A stretch of 64,000 bases of DNA from Candidatus Woesearchaeota archaeon (GCA_035363095.1 DAOSEK010000004.1:30893-94892); one strand, 5' to 3'; numbered from the stretch's first letter, positions 9,557 to 20,196 are shown. Notes: generated from the letters alone by a model not told the origin. Translations and numbers: made by a program.

Positions 9557-10258
9557 CTAAACCTTTAACTCTTCAATTATACTCTCATCAAAAGAATATA
9601 TTATAGGGATTCTAAATCTTTCAATCTTATTTCCCTTTTCATCAACTGGGATAACCAAGCTATAATCATCCCGAAAATCATTCCAACTAATAAATACAAT
9701 CCCATTAATTCTTGCATTAACTGCCTCTTCAAAACTATTATAAAAAACAACTTTCTTTAAAACACTGCTATCGTAATCCTCCAAATATTCAATTACTATA
9801 GATTCATTCTCAAAAGTATGTATATTTTCATTTTTAATCTCATCTACATTAATCATTCTTTTTTCACTTCCAATCAAAGTAAATCCTTCTCTAAGTCTCT
9901 TTTCAAACACTTCATTTTTAATCTCAGAATTCTCTGCTACTCTTCCAACCAAAACAGCATCAATCATTTCATTATTCAAATCTTTTAAACCCTTAGCACT
10001 ACTTTCATATGGTTTTATTTTCACAAATTCATTCTTTAATTCTATCTCCTTGGCAAGCTCTCCCATTGTGGGGCAATAGCCCAGCACAATTTGCTTTTCT
10101 TCAAATCTATTACTCATATTATCGCTTGTATTAAAAATACTATTAGAATTGGATTTATCCTTGTTAAAAATGTTTTCGAATAAATATGATGTTAAACTTG
10201 CACTAATTAAAAAAATAAAAATCAACCAAAACATTTTATTCTTTTTGTTCCTTTTCAT
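9557..10258 (-). CDS. Membrane-anchored or secreted hypothetical protein
   Basis: N-terminal basic stretch plus hydrophobic helix (MFWLIFIFLISASL). No recognisable motif. Confidence 0.5.
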   Translation of the reverse strand: MKRNKKNKMFWLIFIFLISASLTSYLFENIFNKDKSNSNSIFNTSDNMSNRFEEKQIVLGYCPTMGELAKEIELKNEFVKIKPYESSAKGLKDLNNEMIDAVLVGRVAENSEIKNEVFEKRLREGFTLIGSEKRMINVDEIKNENIHTFENESIVIEYLEDYDSSVLKKVVFYNSFEEAVNARINGIVFISWNDFRDDYSLVIPVDEKGNKIERFRIPIIYSFDESIIEELKV

Positions 10259-12128
10259 TTATTATAACTCCTTTTTGACTATCTATGTTATCAGACTTTT
10301 CTTTTATATCTTCAAACTCATCATTATCGTCATCTTCTATTTTCTCCTTATCTGCTACCTCAATCTCTTCACTTCCAATCTTAACTCCCAATCTTGGAAG
10401 TAGCTTTCGGTGTATCAAAAGTATTGCAATCGAAATAAGAAGTGCAGAGCCAAAAACATACAAAGAACCCTTAACAGAGTTCATCATATCAGGCAAAAAC
10501 AACAAAGCAAACGCCAATGAAAGCATAATCATTCCACCAATTAGCTTTAATATCCTTCCGTGTTTTTCCTCAAACTTACTCGCTTTAAGAGTAAGAGCTA
10601 CGCCAATAAAAACTACCAATTCATCAACAAGGTAAATCAGTATATATAACAAAAACAACAAACCAAATGTAGTTATAGGCACATTGCTAGAAGAGACAAT
10701 ATTAGTCCAGATCATAGGAAACCCTGCAGTGCATGGAAGTTCAACTAAAGTTACTCCCAAAGCCATCAATGCAGTAGCTAAAATCATACTTATTGTTGAC
10801 TTATTTGGATCCATTATACCTCTAATTTTTTTAAATAATTTAGGTTTGTGTCTATCAGATATAGTAAACGAAATTCCTTTCTTATACCAAAAATAATCCT
10901 TAATATTAACAATCGCAAAAACACAAGCAATCAAAGATACTCCTAATTTAATCCAAAAAGTATAGCCCACATATGAAAAAACATTTAAAAGTCCTAACAT
11001 AAAAAGACCATACACAAGTGAAGCTACAAATAAAAAAGTAAGACCAACTAAAAGAATCTTTTTTCTAGAACCTGTATAAATTACAATCCCCAGCAAAAAA
11101 GTTAAAACCCATAAAGAACAAGGATTAAAACCATCAACAAAAGCAATCAAAGCAGTCATTACAAAAAGTGGCATTTTTCCTATATCTACACTACCTATAA
11201 AAGGAATCTCTATAACCTCAGTTTTTTCAGGCTTAAAATCTCCCTTTGGCATAGATGGAGTGGTTGCTTTAATAATCTCAGCAGGACAAGGGCAATTCTT
11301 TGCAATGCATTGATTAACACTATTTTGAAAATTCTTCCGGATAGAATTAATGCCAATCAAATAACTATCTCCTATAAATACAGTAGGAAAACCACCTGTT
11401 TTAAGTCCATAGATTTTTTTAAACTCATCATATATCTCCTTTTCCAAAGCCTCGTTTACATTATGATAAGTAACATATACATTACTTATATCTAGTGAAG
11501 CAATATAATTCTTAATCTCTTCGCAATCACTACACTCATAATCGACAAAAACATGGACACAGACTCCTGTTTTTGTATAATTACCATCACTTATTAAAGA
11601 GATATAATCCTGATGAATATCGCTATCAATTCTCTTATCCTTAAGATCATTAGTCTCTTCAAGAGGTGATATGCACCCTTCATTAATACAACTATCTATT
11701 TTAGAAACAAAATCTGTTTTCATACTATTTGAAAAACCAACCCAAAACTTATCCCCTATAAACGTAGTAGGAACCCCTCTGGCACTAGTATCGTATGCCT
11801 TTGCAATCTCTTGAAATATCTTAGCATTCTCAGGATTATTCCAAGTCTCATAGGAATGTATATTTATCTTTTCGCCATACTTAGCCTTCAATTCATCCAT
11901 AAAAGGTTTTTGATCAATACAATGTGGACATCCTTCGCCCCAAAAGAAATAAACACTAACAATATTACCTGTACCATCTTTTGTATTTGTCAAATTAACA
12001 ATATCACTTTGAGAATTTTCTTTTGCAAATGAAAAAGATAACATCAATAGAAACATAAAGACCAAGACTACGCCTACTAGCGTATTTTTACCAAACTTCT
12101 TATCAATAAATCCATTGCCAACAATCAT
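10236..12128 (-). CDS. Thiol-disulfide oxidoreductase fusion: two thioredoxin/glutaredoxin-like domains plus DsbD/CcdA-like membrane domain
   Basis: CPHC and CSDC redox motifs in Trx-like contexts. Polytopic C-terminal half carries DGFNPCSLW and ELPCTAGFP (CcdA/DsbD-type conserved Cys). Confidence 0.7.
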   Translation of the reverse strand: MIVGNGFIDKKFGKNTLVGVVLVFMFLLMLSFSFAKENSQSDIVNLTNTKDGTGNIVSVYFFWGEGCPHCIDQKPFMDELKAKYGEKINIHSYETWNNPENAKIFQEIAKAYDTSARGVPTTFIGDKFWVGFSNSMKTDFVSKIDSCINEGCISPLEETNDLKDKRIDSDIHQDYISLISDGNYTKTGVCVHVFVDYECSDCEEIKNYIASLDISNVYVTYHNVNEALEKEIYDEFKKIYGLKTGGFPTVFIGDSYLIGINSIRKNFQNSVNQCIAKNCPCPAEIIKATTPSMPKGDFKPEKTEVIEIPFIGSVDIGKMPLFVMTALIAFVDGFNPCSLWVLTFLLGIVIYTGSRKKILLVGLTFLFVASLVYGLFMLGLLNVFSYVGYTFWIKLGVSLIACVFAIVNIKDYFWYKKGISFTISDRHKPKLFKKIRGIMDPNKSTISMILATALMALGVTLVELPCTAGFPMIWTNIVSSSNVPITTFGLLFLLYILIYLVDELVVFIGVALTLKASKFEEKHGRILKLIGGMIMLSLAFALLFLPDMMNSVKGSLYVFGSALLISIAILLIHRKLLPRLGVKIGSEEIEVADKEKIEDDDNDEFEDIKEKSDNIDSQKGVIINEKEQKE

Positions 12129-12270
12129 TTTAACTACCTCTCATTTAATAAAAAAATATATTTTTTGAACAAAAAACAATTATAAGATTACGAAATCACT
12201 TATAAACTTTATTTTCAAAAAATGAAAAAAGCTAGGAAATTGACCAACAATCTACTTAGAATCTCCTAAA

Positions 12271-12337
12271 CCCACCTCTTCTTACTTCTGCCAAAAGGTC
12301 AAAGTATGTAAATGTCGGATTCAAGAAATCAAAAATC
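12271..12337 (+). repeat. Family-B repeat, partial or degenerate copy B7
   Basis: ..ccaaaaggtcaaagtatgtaaatgtcggattcaagaaatcaaaaatc resembles the right half of the B consensus. Confidence 0.4.
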
Positions 12338-12455
12338 AGGCGTATTTCTTATAAAATTTAAACCTATACGTTTACAAGTTGAGTTATTTAAAAAAAAATA
12401 CAATAGTACCAAAATATCTTAACATCTATACATCTTATACACTACTCTTTTCTTC

Positions 12456-12588
12456 ATTAATAGAAAAGGATGCCTCGTGTTTCAACACGAGGACTCCGTA
12501 CTCTTTTTTTAACCAACAACCTCGCCGAACGTAGCGCATGCTTTTATACTACCAACATACCTCGCCCTTTAGGGCGAGGTTGTTGATT
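12456..12588 (-). repeat. Family-A repeat copy A3 (reverse orientation)
   Basis: attaatagaaaaggatgcctcgtgtttcaacacgagg...accaacatacctcgccctttagggcgaggttgttgatt. Confidence 0.75.
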
Positions 12589-12610
12589 AATTATCCTTAT
12601 TTATTATTCT

Positions 12611-13111
12611 TCATTTAATAAATAATCTCTTATACTCATCACTTAAAATGACCTTTTTAGACATACCATTTTTCTCTTTACGTAAAATGCCTTTACTTTC
12701 AAGACTTAACAATCTCCTATGTGTTTTTACAGGGTCGAGATTTGTTTTATTGCAAATATTACCTTGAGTAGATTCCCCGCCCATCTCAATAAGACTTCTA
12801 ACTATGACCCTTTCTTCTCCATCTAAAAAATTAAGGGTATTCATTACATTCCCATAAATCTCTTGTTTCTCCTTGATAAAAGAGCTTGATAAAAAATAAT
12901 AAGTTAAAATCCCTACAAAAACTCCCAATGAAGATAAAACGCCCACAACTAAAGGCAATGAAACCTTGCAAGAACAAGATAGCCCATATTGTTCCTGAAT
13001 CAAAAATATTGATAAAGACACAAAAAAAATAAAAGCTATAACTATTCCTACAGCTATTAAAGTTCCATTAAGCTCCTTTGCTCTTTCAATGCTCTCTCTT
13101 TTAACATCCAT
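12611..13111 (-). CDS. Membrane-anchored winged-helix (MarR/TrmB-like) regulator
   Basis: Two TM helices followed by a C-terminal HTH-like segment (ESTQGNICNKTNLDPVKTHRRLLSLESKGIL). Confidence 0.55.
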   Translation of the reverse strand: MDVKRESIERAKELNGTLIAVGIVIAFIFFVSLSIFLIQEQYGLSCSCKVSLPLVVGVLSSLGVFVGILTYYFLSSSFIKEKQEIYGNVMNTLNFLDGEERVIVRSLIEMGGESTQGNICNKTNLDPVKTHRRLLSLESKGILRKEKNGMSKKVILSDEYKRLFIK

Positions 13112-13262
13112 TAAAATATCACTTTATTTCATTTGCCTAATTTCCTTTATTATTTAAATCTTTTCACCTTATCTACACCTTATAATTTTCAGAATAAAAT
13201 AATTTCAAAACAAATTTACTAATCTCATTAAGAAGGATTAATCAAGAAGGATTAATCAATGA

Positions 13263-13400
13263 AATGAAATACCTCGGAATAAATACCGTATTTACCTCGC
13301 TGATAATCTAAGTTAATCATTGAGTGAATCAATCTCTTCATACTTTATGCCTCAAGACCAAAGTATGCAAAATGAACTGGATTTCACGAAAATCAAAAAA
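13263..13400 (+). repeat. Family-B repeat copy B3
   Basis: aatgaaatacctcggaataaataccg...gttaatcattgagtgaatcaatctcttcatactttatgcctcaagaccaaagtatgcaaaatgaactggatttcacgaaaatcaaaaaa. Confidence 0.7.
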
Positions 13401-13663
13401 AATTAAAATGCTATCAAATAATGTTATCTACACTTTGTTTATACACATTTTGTGCAAAATAAAAATCATCCATAAAATTGAGCCTAAGCAAATACTCTTC
13501 CCAAGACAAATAATTATCTGTTCTTCTAACCAATCGTTCAAAAAACCTTTTAGTATAATTCATTTTTTTCCACCTCTAAACAATCTTAATAAATTAAATG
13601 CATTCTTAAAAAATTATTTTCTTACTACCTATTATAAACACAAAACATAAGTAAAACAAAACA

Positions 13664-13799
13664 TGAAAAACCTCAGCACAAATGCCAAAGTATCTCGCTG
13701 TTATTCTAGGTTAATCGTTGAGTGAATCCATCTATTCATACTTTATGCCTCCAGACCAAAGTATGCAAAATGAACTGGATTTCACGAAAATCAAAAAAC
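13664..13799 (+). repeat. Family-B repeat copy B4
   Basis: Near-identical right half to B3 (catactttatgcctccagaccaaagtatgcaaaatgaactggatttcacgaaaatcaaaaaa). Confidence 0.7.
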
Positions 13800-13831
13800 A
13801 AAAAAACATTGTAAAATAAAAAAATGCGAAA

Positions 13832-13999
13832 TTAGGCCGCATTATATCCTTTCATAAAGCCTATCTCTTTTCGGTCGATCTCATCATCCTCAAATAGTTC
13901 AAAAGCAAACTCCTCATCATAGATGTCTGCTTCATTTAGGCAAAAGCCCTCAATCTCCTTTAGATGTACACATTTCATAAATTCCCCATCTTCTTGCAT
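13832..13999 (-). CDS. Small acidic hypothetical protein (55 aa)
   Basis: Own translation: MQEDGEFMKCVHLKEIEGFCLNEADIYDEEFAFELFEDDEIDRKEIGFMKGYNAA. Preceded by gaggtga SD-like sequence. Below the ORF-track size cut-off. Confidence 0.3.
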   Translation of the reverse strand: MQEDGEFMKCVHLKEIEGFCLNEADIYDEEFAFELFEDDEIDRKEIGFMKGYNAA

Positions 14000-14333
14000 T
14001 CTAATCACCTCAACTACATATCACTCCCATTTAAAACACCCATCTTGCACAAGTCAACTCAAACAACTAAAGACCTGCACTAATCAAATCCATTTATCCG
14101 AAAACTGGAAATCAAAAGAATCTCCAAAAGAATCCCCTGAACAGGATTTAACTGAAAGCCTTCTTATTTGCTGGTAAAACAGCCTTTTTATCGTTTCATT
14201 TGATAGATCAACCATTTCATATCACCTATTGTTTAGAATGAGCGGGCTTCTTTATATACCCTGTTTAGCCCTTTGTCCAATGGTTTTTTAATTCAGATAA
14301 GATCTTTCCTTCTATAATTGACGGGATATGGTT

Positions 14334-15053
14334 CTAAAAAATCGTATCAACTATCTTTTGAGCCTTGCAATTATAACCTTTAAACTCCCTAAGTTTTTCA
14401 TTAAAGTAATCCATATGTTCACAAAAACCTAACTTCTCAAATTGTTTCTTGACTCTCAAAATACATTCTTTAGCATAATAGTTATTACCCTTTTCAAGGG
14501 CTTTAAGTGCTTGGCAAAATGATAGATCTATATTATTAAAATACCCTTTTATCCTAATAATTTCAGTATGAAACAAGGTATTTTCCAAAATATCTCCTCC
14601 AACATAATTCGCATATGTTAAAATCCTGGCTATCATCTTTTCCATATTGTGAATATCCCCTTTAGAAGCATCAATTCTTGCCTTCTTAATCCTTTCAGGC
14701 AAGGCCTGTGAGTAGCCAACTCTCTTAATTTCGCCAACCTCTTTAGTAATCTCAATACTTACTTTATGAGCGCAATGCTTTGCCATCCTTAATTCATTTT
14801 CCATTAACAAATCATTGCCTTTCAAAGCATATTCTTTTGCTTTATCAATAGAACGATTAAGTCCAATAAAATACCCTTCTTTTTCAATGGCTCTTGCTTT
14901 GTTTTCTAAATCTTTACAACTTTTATAATCTTTAAGACCATCAACAATCTCAAGTGCGCACTTCAAATGCTTCTCCATAACCTCAACAGAACCCAAACTT
15001 GCAAAATCCTCTGCTTTCTTAATCTCTTCATCAACTAATTTGTCAATCGCCAT
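14334..15053 (-). CDS. Helical-repeat hypothetical protein
   Basis: 239-aa ORF with repeated K/E/A-rich helical segments. No motif recognised. Confidence 0.5.
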   Translation of the reverse strand: MAIDKLVDEEIKKAEDFASLGSVEVMEKHLKCALEIVDGLKDYKSCKDLENKARAIEKEGYFIGLNRSIDKAKEYALKGNDLLMENELRMAKHCAHKVSIEITKEVGEIKRVGYSQALPERIKKARIDASKGDIHNMEKMIARILTYANYVGGDILENTLFHTEIIRIKGYFNNIDLSFCQALKALEKGNNYYAKECILRVKKQFEKLGFCEHMDYFNEKLREFKGYNCKAQKIVDTIF

Positions 15054-15244
15054 AACTCTTCCCTATTTGACCTGTTTATAATCGATTAATTCAGGTTTTA
15101 ATAAAAAAACAATATCAAAATAGCCAAAGAAACCTTAGCTCTCTATATATAGTTAGTGCATCTGAAATTTGGAATTTTAAAATATCACCCTATTATATAA
15201 AGAAGAAACAAAAAAATGATAGATACTAAAAAAGCTTTGTTGTT

Positions 15245-17077
15245 TTATTTAGTTAATCCTTTAAGAATATCACTTATCACTTTGCCATCACAGCCCTTAA
15301 TCTTAGCCATACAAATCCCCATTAAATGGCCAAAGCTCTTGTCAGGATTCTCTTTAACTATTCTTTCAATCTGGTTTTTAATATCAGATAAATCCACCGT
15401 TTTTGTCTCATACTTAGAATAATCAATCTCCTCTTGCAAAGCAACCTTTTCTAAAATCTCATCTACAACATCCTTTGAAAGCTTATCGTTATCGATTTTA
15501 TCAAGGATAATCTTAATTGTCTTTAAATCAATAAGATCAGTGTTTGAGTTTTCAATCCTCTTCTTAATCTCTTTAGGTTTAGAAAACAAAAGAGTGTATA
15601 TGTAACTAGGCTTTTGTTTAAATAGTCTAACAAGTTCAAAAAAATCCTTTAACATTGAAGACTTTGAAACAAGCAATGCCTCACTATCACCAAGCCCCAT
15701 CTCTTTAAGCTCTCTAATATACTCCTTTATGGATTTCACCTCTGAAACCTTAATCCCTTTGGTATGAATTAATGGGATATCCGTTTCAGGATACATTCTC
15801 TGTGCCCCAGGCATAGGTCGCATAAATCTTGAAGTACCATCATCCATAGCCTTTCTCACCTCACTTGGAACACCTAACTTAAACATTTGAATTCGCTCTA
15901 TACATCTTTCTAAAAACCTAAAAGCATCAGTCTTATTCCCAGAGACAATAATAAAATTATCTTCATCAGAAATATTTAGTTTTTCCACAATCAGATTAAC
16001 CTCTTTTGCTGTAATCCCATAGTTAGGAAGCTCATCCCTGTGAAATAAGCCCTTTATATTAGAGCTTGACTTTGCATAATCTGAAACCTCACTCCCTATC
16101 CTTAATAAAGGAGCCAGTTGAGTTCCTAATATCCCTTTATATCCCTTAAGAGCAATCCCATAAACCCCCTCTCCTTTCATAAGATTCTCCTTAATTCTTT
16201 TAGATCCAGTCCCTTTAAAGATTTCACTCAAATCAACAATTTCCTTACGTTCCCCAAATCTTTTATCTGATATAATCTTAGAAATCTCAATAAGCTTAAC
16301 CTGCCTTTGCGCTTCAATCTCTCCAATCTTCTCAAGCATACCTAAATCCTGAGCTCCTTTAATCTCTACTCTAGCTCCACCTTTTACAGAAACATTAACA
16401 TCCTGTCTAATCGTGCCAAGCCCTCTCTTAACATTCGTGCTTCTTAAAAGAAGTCCAATCTCTTCAGCAACTCGCTTTAGCTGGCTAGGATTTTTAATTG
16501 CTGGAGCAGTCGCAATCTCAACTAAAGGAATGCCAAGCCTTCCCAAATGATAAATATCAAAACTATCCTTTTTTTCAATAATCTTAGCAGAATCCTCTTC
16601 AAGGCAGATAGTTTCAATAGGAATATTTACTCCATCCACATCCACCTCTCCTTCTGTTGCAATAAGAGCAGTCCGTTGAAAACCTGATGTATTAGAACCA
16701 TCAATAACAATCTTTCTCATAAACTCAATAGCATCACAAACATTCGCTTTCAAAAGCGTGCATATCTGCATTGAAATATCTAAAATCTCATCATCTGGAA
16801 TATGCGGTGGCTCTTCATCAAGTTCAACAAGACAGCTTGAATCATAACTTCCTTTATACACAAACTCCTTACATTTCTCAAACTCATGCTTAGCAGCCAA
16901 ATCCACATCTCCAAGCTCACTTTTAGAAACCCTTAACTTTCTTTTAACCTCAAAATCATATTCATCTGAAATATCGCCAATACATGAGCAAAACAGCTTA
17001 GTTGTATTGAGCTGTTGATGAATCTCAATACCTGATTTAAACCCAATCTCATCAAAATATTTATTATTCTTCTCCAT
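15245..17077 (-). CDS. gatE: Glutamyl-tRNA(Gln) amidotransferase subunit E
   Basis: GFKSGIEIHQQLNT.KLFCSC start, GatB/E core, 610 aa; adjacent to gatD. Confidence 0.9.
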   Translation of the reverse strand: MEKNNKYFDEIGFKSGIEIHQQLNTTKLFCSCIGDISDEYDFEVKRKLRVSKSELGDVDLAAKHEFEKCKEFVYKGSYDSSCLVELDEEPPHIPDDEILDISMQICTLLKANVCDAIEFMRKIVIDGSNTSGFQRTALIATEGEVDVDGVNIPIETICLEEDSAKIIEKKDSFDIYHLGRLGIPLVEIATAPAIKNPSQLKRVAEEIGLLLRSTNVKRGLGTIRQDVNVSVKGGARVEIKGAQDLGMLEKIGEIEAQRQVKLIEISKIISDKRFGERKEIVDLSEIFKGTGSKRIKENLMKGEGVYGIALKGYKGILGTQLAPLLRIGSEVSDYAKSSSNIKGLFHRDELPNYGITAKEVNLIVEKLNISDEDNFIIVSGNKTDAFRFLERCIERIQMFKLGVPSEVRKAMDDGTSRFMRPMPGAQRMYPETDIPLIHTKGIKVSEVKSIKEYIRELKEMGLGDSEALLVSKSSMLKDFFELVRLFKQKPSYIYTLLFSKPKEIKKRIENSNTDLIDLKTIKIILDKIDNDKLSKDVVDEILEKVALQEEIDYSKYETKTVDLSDIKNQIERIVKENPDKSFGHLMGICMAKIKGCDGKVISDILKGLTK

Positions 17078-17206
17078 AACCTAGTCTCCCCAAAATAATG
17101 ATTTACTAATACTGATTCATTTATAGTTTATTCAATTTAAACTAATACTTGTTATAATCCATTAATCATTAATTGTAATAAAGATCAAAAGCGTCTAAAA
17201 AATTAG

Positions 17207-18805
17207 CTAATCTTCAAAATCCTCCTTATAGCCAATCCTTGAATTAATCTCCATGCGCAGATTTTTTTCATAAAGCCTTTTAGCTTCAGATTTATCATAA
17301 TTAGATAAAAGGTATGCAAGCTTAATAAAACCTGTTTCAGGGGTAATATCGCAAAGATTTCCTAAACAGCCAATCTCTTTAAGCTTAACACCATTCGAAT
17401 ATACATTAAAATTAATCCTTCCATAAATTGTTTGTGGACAGACTGCAACAACACAGCCCTTATCAATAGCACTTTTAACCTCATCAAAAATCACTTTGTT
17501 TTTTTTGGTAGTTCCAATATGTCCTAAACCTGTTCCAATCAAAATCGCACCATCAAAATTTTTAATATAACTAATCTCTTCAGCAGTCATATTGGGATGA
17601 ACATAAACCATTGCAATCTTTAAATCAGGATTAATCATATCAAAACTAGCATTGTCTTTTTTTTCACCTTTTTTAACTAAATCATATAATCTCTCTAATT
17701 TTGAAATCTCTTTAAGATAATCCTTATCTAAAATCTCAACGTCCCTATTCTTTTTCACCCTTGCAAAAGGTTTAGAGTTAATCTGTCTAAACGCATCCCT
17801 TCTAGAACTATGCATCTTTCTTACATTTACACCTTTTAGAATAACACATGAATCATCACAAGATTTTTCATGCATGCAGATAAAAACTCCCTTAACACCA
17901 GGTTCAATCGCAAACCTTGTCGCTGCAATTAGATTAACTCCTGAATCAGATGAGCTTCTATCTGATGACCTTTGCGCTCCAACAATCACAACTGGGATAT
18001 TAAGCCCTTTAAGCATAAAAGAAAGTGCAGCTGAAGTATAATGCATCGTATCTGTCCCATGAGTAATAATAATTCCTTTGCATCCTTCATTTGCAGTCTT
18101 TACAATATTCTCACACATCACATTATAATCCTCAAACCTTAACTCATCGGAAAAAACATTAGAAACCTTTCTTGTTTCAATCTTCGCAATCTCCTTAAGC
18201 TCTGGAAAAAGCGAGACAATCTCATCAGGCTCAAAAAATGCACTTACCCCCCCAACATCATAATCCACCTTAGATGCAATAGTCCCTCCAGTATGAAGTA
18301 TAACAACCTTTGAAAGATTACTTTGTCCTTCACTTTTTTCATATGAGCTATCCATTTTTACTTCAAATCTCTTTTTAGTGTCAATTTGCCCAACATTGTT
18401 TTTTTTCTCTTCTCCTTCTTTTTTAATAGCATCATTCTGATTCTTAGAAACCTTAAATCCCTTTGAATCACGCTCTAATTCAGAACCTGAATGCTTAGTA
18501 TCAGAAATCTTTTCAATACTTTCAATATTCTCTTTTAAAATAACAATATTATATCCACTTTTAAGCTTTAAAGAAATCTCTTTTTTATCATCCTTAACAA
18601 GTCTGCCCTCAAAAACAGTTTTATCTTTTTTATAGACTTTCACAAACTCAAAAGCCCAAAGGTTTCTTGACAAATTATCTGTTAATGACTTCCCTTTAGA
18701 TTCTATTGAAGATGAATTTTCGACCATTTTATCACGAACATTCTCACGCTTCTTTTTAACATCTCCAAAAGATTTTTCATAAGCTTTACTCAGTTTCTTT
18801 TCCAT
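17207..18805 (-). CDS. gatD: Glutamyl-tRNA(Gln) amidotransferase subunit D (asparaginase-like) with a roughly 150-aa N-terminal extension
   Basis: ILHTGGTIASK and HGTDTM asparaginase motifs; adjacent to gatE. Confidence 0.88.
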   Translation of the reverse strand: MEKKLSKAYEKSFGDVKKKRENVRDKMVENSSSIESKGKSLTDNLSRNLWAFEFVKVYKKDKTVFEGRLVKDDKKEISLKLKSGYNIVILKENIESIEKISDTKHSGSELERDSKGFKVSKNQNDAIKKEGEEKKNNVGQIDTKKRFEVKMDSSYEKSEGQSNLSKVVILHTGGTIASKVDYDVGGVSAFFEPDEIVSLFPELKEIAKIETRKVSNVFSDELRFEDYNVMCENIVKTANEGCKGIIITHGTDTMHYTSAALSFMLKGLNIPVVIVGAQRSSDRSSSDSGVNLIAATRFAIEPGVKGVFICMHEKSCDDSCVILKGVNVRKMHSSRRDAFRQINSKPFARVKKNRDVEILDKDYLKEISKLERLYDLVKKGEKKDNASFDMINPDLKIAMVYVHPNMTAEEISYIKNFDGAILIGTGLGHIGTTKKNKVIFDEVKSAIDKGCVVAVCPQTIYGRINFNVYSNGVKLKEIGCLGNLCDITPETGFIKLAYLLSNYDKSEAKRLYEKNLRMEINSRIGYKEDFED

Positions 18806-19011
18806 TTTCCTTCATATCCCACTAGCCCTAAGCTTCTTATAAACCCTTGTATAAATCCAAATATTAATAAATCTTTTTAATAAAAATAAGAATAAAGCTT
18901 AAAATCTAGTACTAAAACAAAAAACCTCAAAATCAAAATCATAAATCAAAATAAAAAAATAAGAACAAAAATAAAAATCCCAAAACTGATTAAAATTTAA
19001 AACTGATTACT

Positions 19012-20196
19012 ATGAAAAAAATAATTAAAAAAGAAAAAAGCATTCAAGATAAAAATATGCGCTCAAATAAAAAAGTAAAATCCCCCACTCTTAGAAAACA
19101 CCTCTGCAAACAAAGCAATAAAAACGCCCATAACAACACTACGAGGAATGCTGGCACAAAAAACAGTCAAAACACCTCTAAACTCCTTTCTAAAACTACC
19201 CAAAAACACACCACAAAAAACAAATTATACTTTCCGACGAAATCTAAAACAAGCTCTAAAACCTCCCAAAAACACACCACAAAAAACAAATTATACTTTC
19301 CGACGAAATCTAAAACAAGCTCTAAAACCTCCCAAAAACACACCACAAAAAACAAAAGGCTTAGCGATTTAAGCAAAATAGACAAATCCAATCCAATCAT
19401 AATAATAAACTTCAAAGCCTATGAGCGAGCCTTAGGTAAAAACGCAGTTAGACTTGCAAAAATCTGTGAGCAGGTTTCCAAAGAATATAATTCTCTCAAT
19501 CATCTAGATTCCTCTAATTCACTTAAAAACTACAACAATCCTAAAAAATACAAAAATCTTAAAAACTACAAAAATCGCTCTCAAAATAATTCTAAAAACA
19601 CCATTAAAGTACAAATCGCAATAGCGCCCCAAACCCAAGACCTTTACCTAACAAAAAAAGCGGTTTCTATCCCTATACTAACTCAACATTTTGATCTTGG
19701 AGGGTTTGGGGCGCATACAGGTCATGATATTATTGAAGGATTAATGCAAAGTGGTGCGTGTGGCTCACTTTTGAACCATTCAGAAAAACCCTTGCCTATT
19801 AAACAAATCTATGAATCTGTCGAAAGGGCTAAATCTTTAGGATTTGTAACAGTGGTTTGTGCTGACTCAATAAGGGAGCTTTCAAGGGTTGTTAGATCAA
19901 AACCGGATTATGTCGCATTTGAAGTACCTTCTTTAATAGGTGGCAAGGTTTCTATTACCTCAAAACATCCAAAAGAGCTAATTAAAGGTGTAAATATTTG
20001 CAAAGAATTTGGCGTGCCCTTGCTTTGTGGAGCAGGAGTGCATTCTAAAAGGGATGTAAAAAAGGCCTTAGAGCTTGGTTGTGCAGGAGTACTACTTGCA
20101 TCAGCAGTTGCGAACGCTTGGGCGGATTCAAAAGATCCAAAGTCCGTTTTAGAAGAGCTTGTTAAAGGGGCTAACCAAATAAAAAAGAAATTTTAA
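19012..20196 (+). CDS. tpiA: Archaeal-type triosephosphate isomerase with a roughly 125-aa basic low-complexity N-terminal extension and an Asn/Lys-rich insert
   Basis: IIINFKAYE, LLNHSEKPL, GAGV...LLASAV. The extension contains the 66-bp tandem repeat. Confidence 0.8.
   Translation: MKKIIKKEKSIQDKNMRSNKKVKSPTLRKHLCKQSNKNAHNNTTRNAGTKNSQNTSKLLSKTTQKHTTKNKLYFPTKSKTSSKTSQKHTTKNKLYFPTKSKTSSKTSQKHTTKNKRLSDLSKIDKSNPIIIINFKAYERALGKNAVRLAKICEQVSKEYNSLNHLDSSNSLKNYNNPKKYKNLKNYKNRSQNNSKNTIKVQIAIAPQTQDLYLTKKAVSIPILTQHFDLGGFGAHTGHDIIEGLMQSGACGSLLNHSEKPLPIKQIYESVERAKSLGFVTVVCADSIRELSRVVRSKPDYVAFEVPSLIGGKVSITSKHPKELIKGVNICKEFGVPLLCGAGVHSKRDVKKALELGCAGVLLASAVANAWADSKDPKSVLEELVKGANQIKKKF
19189..19355 (+). 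repeat. Tandem repeat, about 2.5 x 66 bp, in frame inside tpiA
   Basis: tctaaaac(t/c)(a/t)cccaaaaacacaccacaaaaaacaaattatactttccgacgaaatctaaaacaagc repeated at 19189, 19255 and 19321. Encodes SKTSQKHTTKNKLYFPTKSKTS. Confidence 0.9.

Noticed and set aside
13324-13650. 108-aa + strand ORF.
   Set aside because: It starts inside family-B copy B3 and runs through AT-rich low-complexity DNA. A 49-codon minus-strand ORF (13414-13563) fits better but is itself unsupported.
19148-19415. ORFs 19148-19372 (+) and 19167-19415 (-).
   Set aside because: These are alternate frames of the 66-bp tandem repeat inside tpiA, and their periodic peptides are an artefact of the repeat.
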